Below are positions 26,914 through 39,510 of a stretch of DNA of 64,000 nt, in pieces. Position numbers and translations under genes: made by a program. The stretch covers positions 273,124 to 337,123 of the forward strand of contig JAQGDQ010000181.1 of NCBI GenBank assembly GCA_030141605.1. The letters run 5' to 3'. Every line of letters begins with the position of its first letter. Within the stretch, counting starts at the first letter, position 1. Under the pieces are notes generated by a model. The model had not been told where the DNA came from, did not search any database, and was given only the letters and a program-made list of their open reading frames with translations. The stretch comes from Tubiluchus corallicola. Taxonomy: Eukaryota; Animalia; Priapulida.

Positions 26914-29900
26914 CTACAGAATGGTTCCAAAAGTTGTGCCATTCCAACCAACATCGTATTTTGTAGCATCATGGAAGGTGATGTACATTCTGAAAAAATG
27001 AAGCCAAACTTTATATACATAAACAAAATGCTATACAATATACGTAGTATTTTTTCTATCACTGCTTGTTTATGTATTAGTGTGTTTTACTAACTCTGAC
27101 ACAAGACAGCACTGTACCATCGAAAATCACATTAGCCCTGTTTTTTGTGCTGTACTGTGAAGCAGTGTCATTAAATTACTCATTGGCAGATACAGATTGT
27201 TTACTTATTATTCACTTGTGAGGAGTAAGTCAAATGTCACAAATCCTAATGCAACATTACACTTTCAAATTATTTTTTACAACATCCATGACACCTACTG
27301 GTAACAATCTTTAGCTCTCCTGATGTTACTGCAATTACTAGGCTGAAATTTTACAAGTAAAGCACAGCACCTCTTTGCTGAAGGTTGTCTAGTTACACGA
27401 AGCTATCATGGTCTTTAGTCAAATCTTTCGACGTCACCCAGTAGAAAATGCAATGACAATTATTATAGCTCTTGTTTAAGAAGGGTGGCTAAAATGACGG
27501 CAATATACTGCAATAACGTGGCTTTTATGTGAGGCAGATGTCACGGGCTTCTGTATGAGGGACATATAGACACAGACATTTATTTTCTCCAATAATGTGT
27601 CACAAATTTCCATTTTACAAAAAGACATTACTTTATCCATGGAGATGGGGTGAGGAAAGACTACAAGTCATCTAGTCACTAAATTAATATTGTAATATCA
27701 GGAAAAAATTGATGACACTGGATGCAATTATTGTTAATTACTTAAATAAAATGATCAAAATACAGCAATAACAAAAGAAAAAATATATAACAAATATAAC
27801 AATAGTAAAATAACAGCAATGTGATGCAGTTAACAAGGCTTCTGTATGAATAGCATCACTAAAACTACAGCAATGTACTGTAATAACATGGCTTCTGTGT
27901 GAGTAGTGTCACTAAATGTCAGCAATAATATGGCCCCTGTGTGAGTAGTGACACTAAAATTAGAGCAATGTACTGCAATAACATGGCTCCTATATGGGTA
28001 GGATTACTAAAACTACTGCAATAACATGGCTTCTGTGTAAGTAGTGTCACAAAAATGACAGCAATGTGCTGCATAAACAATGCTCTTATGTGAGGCATAT
28101 GCCATCACGGGCTTCTATATGAGGGCATCACTAACATGACAGCAATGTACTGCAATAACATGGTTCATATGTGAGTAGTGATAATGAAATGACAATAATG
28201 CATGACAATAACTCTTATGCAAGGCAGATATCGTCATGGGCTTCTATGTGAGCGGCATCACTAAAGTAACAGCAATGCACTGTAGTAACATGACTTCAGT
28301 GAGAGGTGAGATTATATAGCCAGTAACATGGCTCCAGTACAATGCAATAATTTGGCTCCCTGTGTAAGAGGTGTAACTAGTAATATGTTGCAATAACATG
28401 GCCTTGTGTGAGACGTGTGACTAAAGTAATAGTAATACATTGTGATGACATGGCTCCCGTCTAAAAGATGCAATTGAAATACCAAGTAATGCACTGCAAT
28501 AACGTGGCTCCTGTATGACAGGCGTAACAACAGTGGACTGCAGTACACGGCTGCAATGTAAGAGATGTGACTGAAACGACAGCCTTCTACTGACATAGTA
28601 TGGCTCCTGTGTGAGAGATACATGTAAGTAGAATAAGAATATGTTGCGTATATCTCGTGTATGAAAGGTGGGATAAAAATAAAAACAATGAATTGGAGTA
28701 ATGTGGTTCATGTGCAAGAGGTGTGACTAAAACGATTTTAGTGTGTTCAGCGTTAGAGTGAGAGATATGACTAAAAATCACAGCAATTCACTTACCTGTC
28801 AGCTGGGATGCCAAGAGTATCAGTCAGATGTTTGCACAGCTTCCCTGAATGAGAAACGTTTTTGTCCTTACCCAACTGACCGATACTCATCAACAAACAC
28901 TGGGCAGCAGGGTCGGTTGTGCCGCCAAAACTCATCTGGATGTCAGGATTGATACATACAGTCACGTACTAAAAACAAAACCAGTCTGTTATTACTATAA
29001 CAGTCCAAAAACTATTATGACTGGCAGTCGTAAAACTTGAAACTGCAAAGTAAACTTTAGCTTGTTAGGCAAATAGGCATACATATTTATAAAATGCGTT
29101 CTATTCACTCATCATACTTCAACTATAATGTTGCGATGGCAGCAGCAATAAATTTAGCAGTAATATGATTTGGCTTATAAGGAAACTCTCAATAGTACGA
29201 TGATTTTATTATGTCCTGGCCAAGCTTATAATAAAACCCATACCCAAAAACCCCCAAACACAAAAAACCAACAAAACCAAAAAAAACCAAGGTCATTATT
29301 AAATCTTTCAAGAAGCACCCAACCAACCACAAACAACCACAAACCCCAAACCAACAACACCCAAAAAAAAAAAACAAAAAAAACAACCAAAAAACCCAAA
29401 CCAAAAAAACCAACACAACCAACAAAAAACGTAATCACTTATGGCTAATACAGTTAATATGAAACTCGTTATTACGAAACCCGTATTTGTACGATGCTTT
29501 CCCAAAGTCCCGCCAATATAGTTTTCATATCAGTGATTGTCCCAAATTTTCAACAATCATTATATCAATGGCAACAGCTGAAAAGCCTGGAATAGAGCGA
29601 TAAGGAATTTCTCTAGAACGGAAAGTATTTGAATTTGTGAAACAGAAAAATGCAAAGCTGACAAAAAGATTGTTATCACAAAAGATATGACTCTTAAAAA
29701 TGTGTCTACTATACTTGCTACTATACTGAAAAACAAAACAAATTCTTGAGGAACATGAGAAAAGATCATTAACTGGTTCAGAAACTCATTTATTACTAAT
29801 TTTGCTTGTAAGAATGCAAAACAGAGTAAAATTACTGATTTCTTCAAGTAATAAAATATGAGTGAGTTAATTACAGCACATTTTTACTTTGATGAATTTT

Positions 29901-31006
29901 TAGGTTAAAACGGCTAATAATTTAAATTGATCATTGAAATGAGTACCCAAACACCTGTCTGCAGTGAAATTGCTGATTTTCAAAATACTTTCACATTGGT
30001 AAAAATTCGCCCTTATGGTTTAAAATGCCTATACATGCATTTCTTACTGCCTGTCTACCGATCCCTAAACAGCTGGGCCTCGCTTACATCTATCCAAATG
30101 TAATATCATAGCAGTGGCTCTAGAAACATTTGAATGCGTAGGTGGGTATTCAACATTGTGATTACATTACTGACTGTACATTAGAAGTATTTATCAATAT
30201 ATACTACAGCAGCAAAAAGCAACATACCGCAGATTCTCTGCCACCGCTAACCCCTTGCTTGCAGGATTGTTTTAGACAAACTCATTGTCAATATGTTGAA
30301 ATAATTTTGCAGTTTGTGCATTAGGAGTATTTATCAATATATACTACAGCAGCAAAAAGCAACATACCGCAGATTCTCTGCCACCGCTAACCCCTTGCTT
30401 GCAGGCTTGTTTTAGACTAACTCATTGTCAATATGTTGAAATAATTTTGCAGCTTGTATTTAGCGAAACAAAGGAACTTAGATTATGCTCACTGATCAAA
30501 AGAAAACCGATGTACAGACGACGCATCCGTTAATAACTATTTACACTAGTACTACCTTATCCATGAATAAGGTAATAGTATAAGTTTGTAAAAACCTGTG
30601 TAATGGATAGTACGAAACCCCCTTAATATAAAAAACTATTTTGGTCACGAAGACCAACCAAAAATCGTATTACCGGGATTCGACTGTACATAGCTTTGTT
30701 AAATTTATATGGTTATTATGTTTGCAACTCCTAGCCAAGTATTCGTCCTGGCACTCTTTATTTTTCATCACTTAATGCATTAGGACCCTTTTTGCATAGG
30801 ATGCGTACGGACGTATTGGGCCGTTCTAGTGCATCGCTTCGAGTAGTGTGCGCACCCCAAACACGCGAGCTGCAAACACAGATATTTTGCTCACTTACCG
30901 ATTCTGGTTTACCGAGTATTTTTGCAACTAGTGCAGATGTTTCTTTCAGCCAATTTGCCGGTATCTTAGACTTGGGAACATTTGTGTTAACCACAAACTG
31001 GGGCAT
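26914..31006 (-). CDS. MIF: Macrophage migration inhibitory factor (118 aa, 3 exons)
   Basis: Exons 30899-31006 (MPQFVVNTNV..LGKPES), 28796-28968 (YVTVCINPDIQMSFGGTTDPAAQCLLMSIG..LGIPADR) and 26914-26989 (MYITFHD..VGWNGTTFGTIL*). GT-AG introns with consistent phases. N-terminal catalytic Pro, GKP, SIG and VGWN motifs present. Confidence 0.94.
27480..28790. repeat. Degenerate minisatellite, ~53-nt unit with shorter and longer variants, in MIF intron 2
   Basis: Recurrent cactaaaa..acagcaatgtactgcaataacatggcttctgtgtgagtag. Main array ~27810-28790, plus a detached unit at ~27480-27560. Confidence 0.85.
29230..29430. repeat. A/C-only low-complexity tract
   Basis: Irregular runs such as aaaaaccccaaacacaaaaaaccaac. 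Confidence 0.85.
30187..30460. repeat. Near-perfect 140-bp tandem duplication in MIF intron 1
   Basis: agtatttatcaatatatactacagcagc...aataattttgcag occurs at 30187 and 30327. Confidence 0.92.
30513..30688. mobile_element. Tc1/mariner-type MITE in MIF intron 1
   Basis: tacagacgacgcatccgttaata ... tattaccgggattcgactgta: inverted termini with TA ends. Confidence 0.6.
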
Positions 31007-31325
31007 TTTCAAAATTTCGTTTCCACAAAGTTTAATTTTCACAAAAGTACTGGAAAGCTAACCGCGTAATTACTGTAGCTCTGCCGGTACGTGGCTACGT
31101 GCCTTAGTTTGCCGATAGGTGGCACTGTTTATAATAAACGGATTGCCCTGTAAATTATTTTAAGTAGGGGCATCGTGATTACACTTTTTGTCTTTTTTTG
31201 TACACAATTTAATATTTAACTGCCAAAATATTACAAATTATTGATGTTACAAAAACATTGAGCAATTTTTCCTTAAACTGAGCATGCGCGGTGGTGTCTA
31301 TCCCAGAGTCATAGACAAAAACGTG
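31007..31325. promoter_or_regulatory. Putative bidirectional promoter between MIF and TMEM134
   Basis: Start codons are 319 bp apart and divergent. CTCF-like gccgataggtggcactg (31111-31127), NRF1-like gcatgcgc (~31282), YY1-like gatggcggc over the TMEM134 ATG. Confidence 0.6.
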
Positions 31326-34300
31326 ATGGCGGCTTTCACACATTTTACTGAAAAGTTACCTAGCTCGAAGAATGAAGACAGTGAAGAAGACGAACCAATT
31401 AAAGTTTATGGAACAGCAGCAGACACTCGCCCTCTTACACCTTCTTTGATTGCCGCTAGCCTGAGCAGTAAATTTGGACGTGACAGTGACTCAAAAAGTT
31501 ATAAAGTAAGAGATTTTTCTCTGTGTTAATGTTTTTTGATACTTAGATTTTACTATTATTAGTATTACTATTAGCTATATTTTTATTATATGCAAGGTGT
31601 TACAGTATAGTGCATCTCTATAACTGTCTTTATTGCATTTGAAAGGAGTAGGTTATTTAATGGCTGAACGCTGTGTAACCTTATAGTAATACATCTGTAT
31701 AAATCGATGTCCCTCTCTCCATTCGTCTCTTAGCATCTGTTATGTTAATTTGTGTAGTATTGTTAAGTAAAGCTGTGTCATTGAGTATGAATCGGCCAGT
31801 TCTTCTATTTTTCTTCAATGTGTACTTCTTCTGCTACCTAACCAACGAGATATAGGCTGGCTGTTTGTTTGTTTGAGACAGTATTTAAGGTTATATCATA
31901 AAAATCGAAGTGCTGCTTGCCTTTATAATGACGTTGACATGGCTTTTCCATTCCAGATTTTCGCTTAATGTGATTTTAAGATACTTTGCTTGGTTTGGCA
32001 CTTTGAAGTTGTGTATTGCTTAGCTCATATGTGCATAAAAATGGTGATCTTGATCTGTAGATTCTCATTCTCTCTCTCTCTTTCTTTCTCTCTCTCTCTC
32101 TCTCTCTCTCTCCCTCTCTCTCCCTCCCCCTCTCTCTCTCCCTCTCTCTCTCCTATATGATAGCATTGATAATAAAATAGCTTTATCTTATCTGTTGGCA
32201 GAGTTTGGACGAAGGCAGTGAATCACTTATACATTCTGCTCAGCATTCACCTTTAAATGATGGTCCTGCTTCATATAAAATACAAATAAGGTATGCTTGT
32301 ATAATGTATCTACTGATTTAATTAATCTTGAATTTTGCCGGTTATTTCTGAATTATTATTTTTTATTATTCTTTTTCATCTATTATTTCATTTGTTATTG
32401 CTTTATTTGTTGAAAAGTGAAAAACTGACCTCTTATTTAGCTAACATGACTAATAGGAGAAATTCAATTTTTCTTTGTGCTCTGCTGGGTTAAATTTCAT
32501 AATACAGTTGTAATGTACACGCCTTAGCATCAGAATTGTAATGATTATCCTAATGAAATTAATTTTTTTGTATTCAACTTTGAAAAAGCGTCTTCTTTGT
32601 CTGGTATTCTAGTCTCATAAGTCAATATGTTTTTCAGACAATTTCAAAGAGATTCTTTCACTAGTATTGCAACGGAAGGTGCCAAATCAACAGAATCTTA
32701 TGCCAGGTTTGTTTTACAACTGCCATTCTACCGTGTGCTCGCCTTCGAAAGGACCACTTTTAGAGATGGGATGAATCTTCACTACTCCGAAACTGCTAAT
32801 TCCAAATCTTACCCAGTTTTAACTTTAACTGCTTTGGATCCAATTTGGGATCGGTAAAATAAATCTGCTGCGAACTGCTACGCCATGTTGACACCTTTAA
32901 TGTGATCGTGAAGTTCTGTAAAAGTTATGCACCACATTTATTGTATATCAACTCAATGGGGTAGTCAACGAATGACTGACTCTAAGTATTTTCAACAATG
33001 ACGTAACTTACGCAAGCTTTAAGTTATTATACTTCTAAACTCAGATGATATTTTAGCACGCGTTGTGTTCAGTTTCCTTTCTACTTTCTAAAGTTTATTA
33101 ATTTAAGTTAAAATAATAAAGTGCAGTCATAAAATGTGTCAAAACTTCTCAGATGAAAAACGTAACTGAGGTTTATGTACAACATTCTTATTCAATCTTG
33201 TATTGAAAATTAAGCAAATTAACGATTCAGTTCGGTTTCTGAAACTGCAAAAATGTGAGATTTGGATTTGATTCAATTTTGGAAATTTAAGCTTCTGCTC
33301 ACTCCTAGCCACTTTCTGTGTGGTCTCTATTGAACTTTTACGAAGTAGTTTTTTCCTGATACATGATTTGATGAGGGGCACATTATTTGTGAAATTAGGA
33401 TTGTATTGCAATTATTTGTTAAAAAATATTTTAGCAACTAAATTACATTCCTTATGATTTTGCTAATCCACATCAGTCTGATCTGGACATCTGCATTGGA
33501 CTTGATTGGAATTCTATCATAACAGTGTTGTGATTTAAATCCTTGCAAGGTTTCATGCAAATGGTTAATGTATTTGGTCTAGTGGCTGATCAGGAACTTT
33601 AACAAATTGTCTTGTTTCTGATTTCAGCTGGTTACATAAGCCAAAGTTACAAAATCACTGGAAGCTGGTTGTAGGCTCTATCCTTTTATTATTATGTGGT
33701 ATTGGTATGTAGATTTATAATAAATTTCATTACATTTCACCTCTCTTACTTCAAACTTGTTAGTACTGAAAGCATATCATCTTCTCTATTGCCAGTCGAG
33801 CTAACTGCTTACTCTTAAACAGTTCAAAATACAATTAATTTGGATTTTGTATTGATACAGACATTCACGGATTTGTCTCTCCCTCATAAGTGCTTCATGT
33901 AATTAAAATCGTGAATTCATTAAATTTATGACTATATAACCAAGTTTATTTTGTTACGGAACTCCCCTTCAGAGCGGTCGAAAACGAAATAAGCGAGGGA
34001 GAGTGGTGGGTGTATTGTACGATCCCCCACTGAGATGCAGCCTGCCAAACAGTCTCCTGCATTTGAGTGTGTTTGGAAAGGTTAAATGCAAACTGAATTT
34101 AAGAGTTATGAATTTGTGATCATCTTGTACGTGTCATGTTACTTATTATCTATTTAACATTGAGGAGATTCAAACTTTTATTTGAATTATGTCAACCTGC
34201 TTATGTCTCTCAATTTAAAACAAAGGATTTGACACTATGTGCATAACTTTTTACTTACAATCTAAAGTTCTCAACTTACTTTCATCTGAAAGATTACAGC

Positions 34301-36469
34301 ATAAAATAGGCTAGGGCTAAGTCACCTAATTTCTTTAAGTTGCTCTAGTTAGTTATTTACCACAGAGTACATATAATGAAAGGAATCTAAATTTCTGACT
34401 AGAATGTTGCATAATTATCTACTGGCACCTGATTTCCCTCAACTCCAAATTTATTTAAATCAAGGAAAGTAAAAGAACTTTAGTAAGTAAAAGTGCACTA
34501 CCTTTCTGAACAAAAGATAACAGTGATCGATGAAAAGACAAACTCCAAGTGACAATTAAGTGATTTGCCCTCTAAAATAAGTTTCATAGATATTGATAAA
34601 ATTATTATATACTGTGCTTATTTGTACTTTTTATGAAATTGTAATTATCAGTGAAAAAAAAAACAAGATAAAACCATCTCCAAATTTTCAAATGCAAGAG
34701 ATTTGCGCATGCATTGATATAGCAGGTGTGATAGCGTGATGCAGACTAAAATACATGAGTCTTGTGCACAATGCGTGAGACTTGGCAGTTGTAAATTTTA
34801 CACAGTAGAATAACACTAGCACACGGCTTTTAATATAAACAATAATCAGAAGAAATTTAGAATTTTTAAGTGCTTTACGTCTTCCTTTATTTTTGATATA
34901 CTGCTTGATTTCTACTAACTCGTTTTGGAAACCGTTTTTGTTATCTTGTAACGGCGCATTCAGACTAGAGAGCTTTCTCTTGAGAGTTCTCCCTAAGAGT
35001 TCTCATAATGAATAGAGCTTGTCAGCAAGAAACTAGCGAGATAACTCTCGGCAATTCTCGGAGAGTTTGGAATAACTTGCTGGGCTGAGAGATCTTGGAA
35101 AGCCGTTCACAATTGCGAGTTTGGTGTCAGACAGAACTCTTGAGCGAAAACTGTCTAGTCTGAATGCACCATGAGAAGACATAAAGTCTTATTAATCCAA
35201 CAATATGATACCTTGTATATGCAAAAAAGTAAAAAACCTACTAATTTGTATTGGAGACTCTTGAAAAACTAGTGAAAAATTGATTTAGATATGTTCAACA
35301 TTTCAGGGCTGCTGATAGGTGGAATTTATACCGCTGCTGTCAGCAAAAGCACAGCTCAGTGTACAGTCTTCTTTGTTGCCAGTGTCATCTGTCTCATTCC
35401 AGGAGGTAAGCGTAATCACATAATTGAAGATTTTGTTGAAAATACAGTAGGTGCCGCTTAATAGACTCGCTTCAGGATCGAAGTGTTTTGACCCAATTGA
35501 ATCTGTTAGTTGACATGTGTAGTGTTACTAGTGTAGTAGTATAGAAGTTATCTTAGTATGCACTGCAGAAACTACAAGAATTTTAAATATTAGGTTTTTA
35601 CGTGTTGTGCTCTATTTTTCAAAATTGGTTCTATGCTCTTATTTGCTTTATACTGCAAAGTCTCAAGGAATACGAGCAAATTACTGTCATCAATTATGGG
35701 ACTAAAACTTAAGCTAAATTTATTTGAGCACCTCCTTGCTTGACATATTCTAAGATTATTTCTAATCGTATATGATTTGTAATTTTGTGATTCAGCGAAA
35801 ACTTCTGATACAATAGCATTTTGTTTGTGTTTTACCACATATGCACAATAATTTATTGCGCATGTATTGTCAGAAATGCCAGAGATACAAGTGACATCAT
35901 GCAAAAACTACTAAAATGGCTTATTTCTTCTTGCACAAAATTTTTCGTCAGTTTTTAAATAGGATATAACTATCAGCTATGTCTAAAGTGTGTTTTGACC
36001 CCAATCATATTTTGCCTGTTGCTCTGGCTATAGCCCATGCAAACTATTTCTTCTGGCAGCATAACATTTTAAATATGTCATTATAACTTAATTTTGCTTT
36101 TGAAAGATTTAATGATGCCTTTTTCCTACTAATTTTGCCGTTCACCGTTCTGCCTTTTTCCTACTAATTTTGAAACGGAGAAGCTTGAATGTTTTGTTTT
36201 TCATAGCAGCAATACTTAACATGTTGAGTGGCAATTTTTGTGTCGTTGCGATTTTTCAATGCTTTTGAAGTAATCTCATTTTGTCTAGTTATGCTACAAT
36301 AAGTAGCAATAAAAAGTAAAAACTTCCAGTAACACATAGTTTCTAGGTGTAGAATAATAGCATGTTCACATTTGTATTTTCTCTTACAGTATATCATGTC
36401 GTCTACATTTACTGTGCAGTGACGGGAAAACAGGGATACAACTTGTACCATCTACCCACGTTCAAATGA
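31326..36469 (+). CDS. TMEM134: Transmembrane protein 134-like (197 aa, 6 exons)
   Basis: Exons 31326-31505, 32202-32290, 32638-32706, 33628-33704, 35307-35405 and 36390-36469 join in frame. The C-terminal part W.HKPKLQNHWKLVVGSILLLLCG..CLIPGVYHVVYIYCAVTGKQGYNLYHLPTFK* matches the TMEM134 signature (PGVYHV..IYCAV.G..G....LP.F). An upstream in-frame ATG at 31284 is an alternative start. Confidence 0.87.
32068..32153. repeat. (CT)n microsatellite / polypyrimidine tract
   Basis: tctctctctc run upstream of TMEM134 exon 2. Confidence 0.9.
34953..35170. mobile_element. Palindromic MITE in TMEM134 intron 4
   Basis: ggcgcattcagactagagagctttctcttgagagttct ... agaactcttgagcgaaaactgtctagtctgaatgcacc: long TIRs. 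Confidence 0.75.
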
Positions 36470-38411
36470 ATCCAGTTATTTCCACATCCTTCCAAAATCT
36501 GTATATATAATTCTTGTTGATGAAAATTAAATCATTTGTAGATAAATTGTTGGTTGATGATGAATGAGTTCTGTGCTTAGTAATAAGGTAGCAGTCTATG
36601 CAACAGTATTATGCTCACTGTGATTCTTTAGCATAAGCAACTTTAGCAATAGATAAATGAAATTATTTATTAAACAAATTTCTGATGATTTTTTCCCTCT
36701 TTTCTGTTGCGTATCTTTGGATCTGATTTCAACCACTGTATGCATTTATTATAATTAATTTGCACTTTTTGTAGACGTAGTTGTTGCAAATTTATTTAAG
36801 CTTTAATAAGCAAGACTTATTTACTTGTTTGTCATTGGCTATGTATTGCACTAGTTTCTGTATTGTTTCATTTATAGATGTGCTACTAGATGGCACTACT
36901 TGGATTGTGGGTAGTTTAAAATTTCAATTATTTCCATTAGTGCTAATTTCATTTCAGTTTAAACCATAGCCATAATGCTCATAAAACTCTTGTATACTTA
37001 CGTGATTTTGCATTGCAATTAAATACAATTTATGCAATTATTTCATTGATCAGTAGAATGATGCTGTTTTATATTGCTCTTTTTTATTCTGTTTTGCTTA
37101 TTGGGTTGTGTTTAAGTTGTGAATTGTTTTTCTATTTTTTATCTTAAATACCTTTTTGTGGCCTTCATTGATTGGCTTTGCATTAGTTTATTACAATATC
37201 CTCTATAGCGCAGGTATTTTTTAAGTTATGTGTGTTTTCTTTATGCTATGTAAAATTTTTACTTGATCTGACACTGGTATTTTTACTTTTTTCATTTACT
37301 CAAAAAAGTATTGTTTATTTCTCGTGCAGAGATTATTTCAATCATGCAGTTTTCCATTTTTTGTAAGTTTTGACGTTGTTGATTCGTTGCACTACGCATT
37401 CCAGAGTCTCAGCTATAGCAAGTGTAGGCTAAAACTGTTTTTGGAATGAACTAATTCATCATGTGTTATAAAACACAATTCCTTATAAACGGTGTTGTTA
37501 CATCAAATTTCTAGTCAGTTCTATATAAAACTCTTTATGACTAAGAGAATAGGTAGTGTTTTTTTTATAATCTATATAGTTTCGTTCGTTATGTTATTGA
37601 ATTTTTGCATAGCTGATTTGCTCTGTACTAACTTGGAAAGTTGAACTCTTCAAGCCAATATCATTGTTTTTGCCTTTGGCCAGTACGTTTTACAAGTATT
37701 AGTAGTTGTTATATTATTGCTACATTTAGTCTAAATATAATGTACAGACACACATGAATCTGTATTCAGTTAAGTGCAAAGATGTTGAAACAATTAAATT
37801 TTTGGCTTATTTATGTGAAAATGATAATGTAAAAATTGCGAAGACGTCGTATACAAACATGAGGGTGTGTAGCCATTTTCTTTCACTTAAACATACATTT
37901 TCACTTTTTTGAACAGTGCATTATCAGAAAATACCACGTGTGGAAAACGTTCATTGTCAGATAGAGCATTCATTCTTGTGTTGGCATATAGATAGATATA
38001 GAAACATTCAAGTTTCAAAGTGTTGGCATATATACAAGGGAAGTTGTTTCATCATCATGCTGAATGTATTATGCACAGTCTTCGTTAAATGACTGATAGC
38101 TGAAATTTTAAATGTTATGTTGTTTTGAAAAGTTGTGAAAGTTTGGTGCAGTATACTTAAAGAGCTAATTGCCATTGCCAACAGCCAACAGACAGGTAAT
38201 TTGCTTGTAAATCTGTTTTGCAATTTAAGGTCTAGTATTAGCAGTCTACCAGCACCCATAAGCAGTTCACTAGTTGTTTTTTAGTCTATCTATTTGTTGA
38301 ATTGACATCTGAAAGCCTTAACTGTCAATACTTTATTGCATATTTGCATTATTTTTCGTGAGCTCGTGGATGTAAATTCAAGTGTAGGCTGTATTTAAGT
38401 TCTGTGTGTAA

Positions 38412-38543
38412 AGATGGTGGCTGGAAAAAGTAGCTGATTGGCAGGCTCAAGGTTCCTGATTCAAGTCCAGGCTGACCTCCGACTTTTTAAATTGTATTTT
38501 CGAGTTTGGTTCCAAGTTTAAATAATTGTAAGTTTGCACTATC
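38412..38543 (+). mobile_element. tRNA-derived SINE, diverged copy
   Basis: B-box-like gattcaagtcc followed by ccgactttt..agtttggttccaagtttaaataattgtaagtttg, homologous to the 51822 copy. Confidence 0.55.
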
Positions 38544-39099
38544 ATTGAAACGAAAGTCATGGTTACTTTATAGTGAGCAGGATTTAAGATGGATGTATGT
38601 ATTTATTGCAAATTTTAGCATCATAGACGTTAGTGCAAATTTAGTAATGATTAATTGATTGGGCATACATCAATTATTTTCAATAATTAATGATTGAGTG
38701 TTGTAGTGCACTGTTCTAATTTGTGTCCACTATCATGCATAATAATATCCATTAATTAATTCTAATTAAACGTCTAAATTACTTAACGTCATTCTTCGTG
38801 ATCATATTTTTATTATAATAGAAAATTTTTCACGAATAAACTTCCTCTTCCATCCAAGTACTGTACATTGACTGTAATAAATTGTTGCAATTTATTTGAT
38901 AAGAAATCGGTGTTTTTTCATGCTTTATGAATGTCATACTGTACAATTTATCCGATTCAAGGCCTAGTTGGAAATCATTAGCCTTGGCTAGTACAGTGCA
39001 GTAGGCCTTTTTATAACGCCAATAATCCATACATTGCCAAGTTTTGCCTACATACCTTACCTTACTTTACGTTGTTTTGGCAAAGTAATCTTCTAGCCA

Positions 39100-39510
39100 A
39101 ATCGTCTATATATGTTCGTATCCGTATCCTCAAAGGAGGTCTTGTAAGTGTAGACTATCTCTATTCCAGCCCACTTTTTGTCCAAGCTTCTCTTAAATAC
39201 ATCCTATCAATCTTCTCAGTCATATGCACATTAGATCTAAACTTTTTATAACTTTAGTGAATGGCCTCTGGTGATCGATCTGGCCATCTGCGATGTCAAG
39301 TACAACTGTGGTCTTACAGCTTTATCATATATATTCGTTAAGATCTTATAAGCCTCTATCATGTCACCTCTCTGTCTCCTGTAAGCTAGTGCTGGCAATT
39401 TAAGAAACTTTAACCGGACAGTATACGATAATTCGCTCAAGTCACAAAGCTTTCTTGTCGCATATCTTTGTACTTGTTTCAGCTGCTCCATATATTTGAC
39501 CATTGATGGG
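39100..39510 (-). mobile_element. CR1/L2-type LINE 3' fragment
   Basis: EQLKQVQRYATR..LSYTVRLKFLKLPALAYRRQRGDMIEAYKIL..TRGHSLKL is the typical CR1-clade ORF2 C-terminal signature. Confidence 0.85.

Noticed and set aside
27810-28790. Regularly spaced repeats suggestive of a CRISPR array
   Set aside because: Units are contiguous and degenerate, with no unique spacers and no cas genes. The context is a eukaryotic intron, so this is a minisatellite.
29170-29505. Overlapping ORFs giving K/T/N/Q-rich or F/V/G-rich peptides
   Set aside because: Artefacts of the A/C low-complexity tract inside a MIF intron.
37916-38092. Open frame after an AG as the TMEM134 last exon
   Set aside because: The exon at 36390-36469 supplies the conserved TMEM134 C-terminus and stop.
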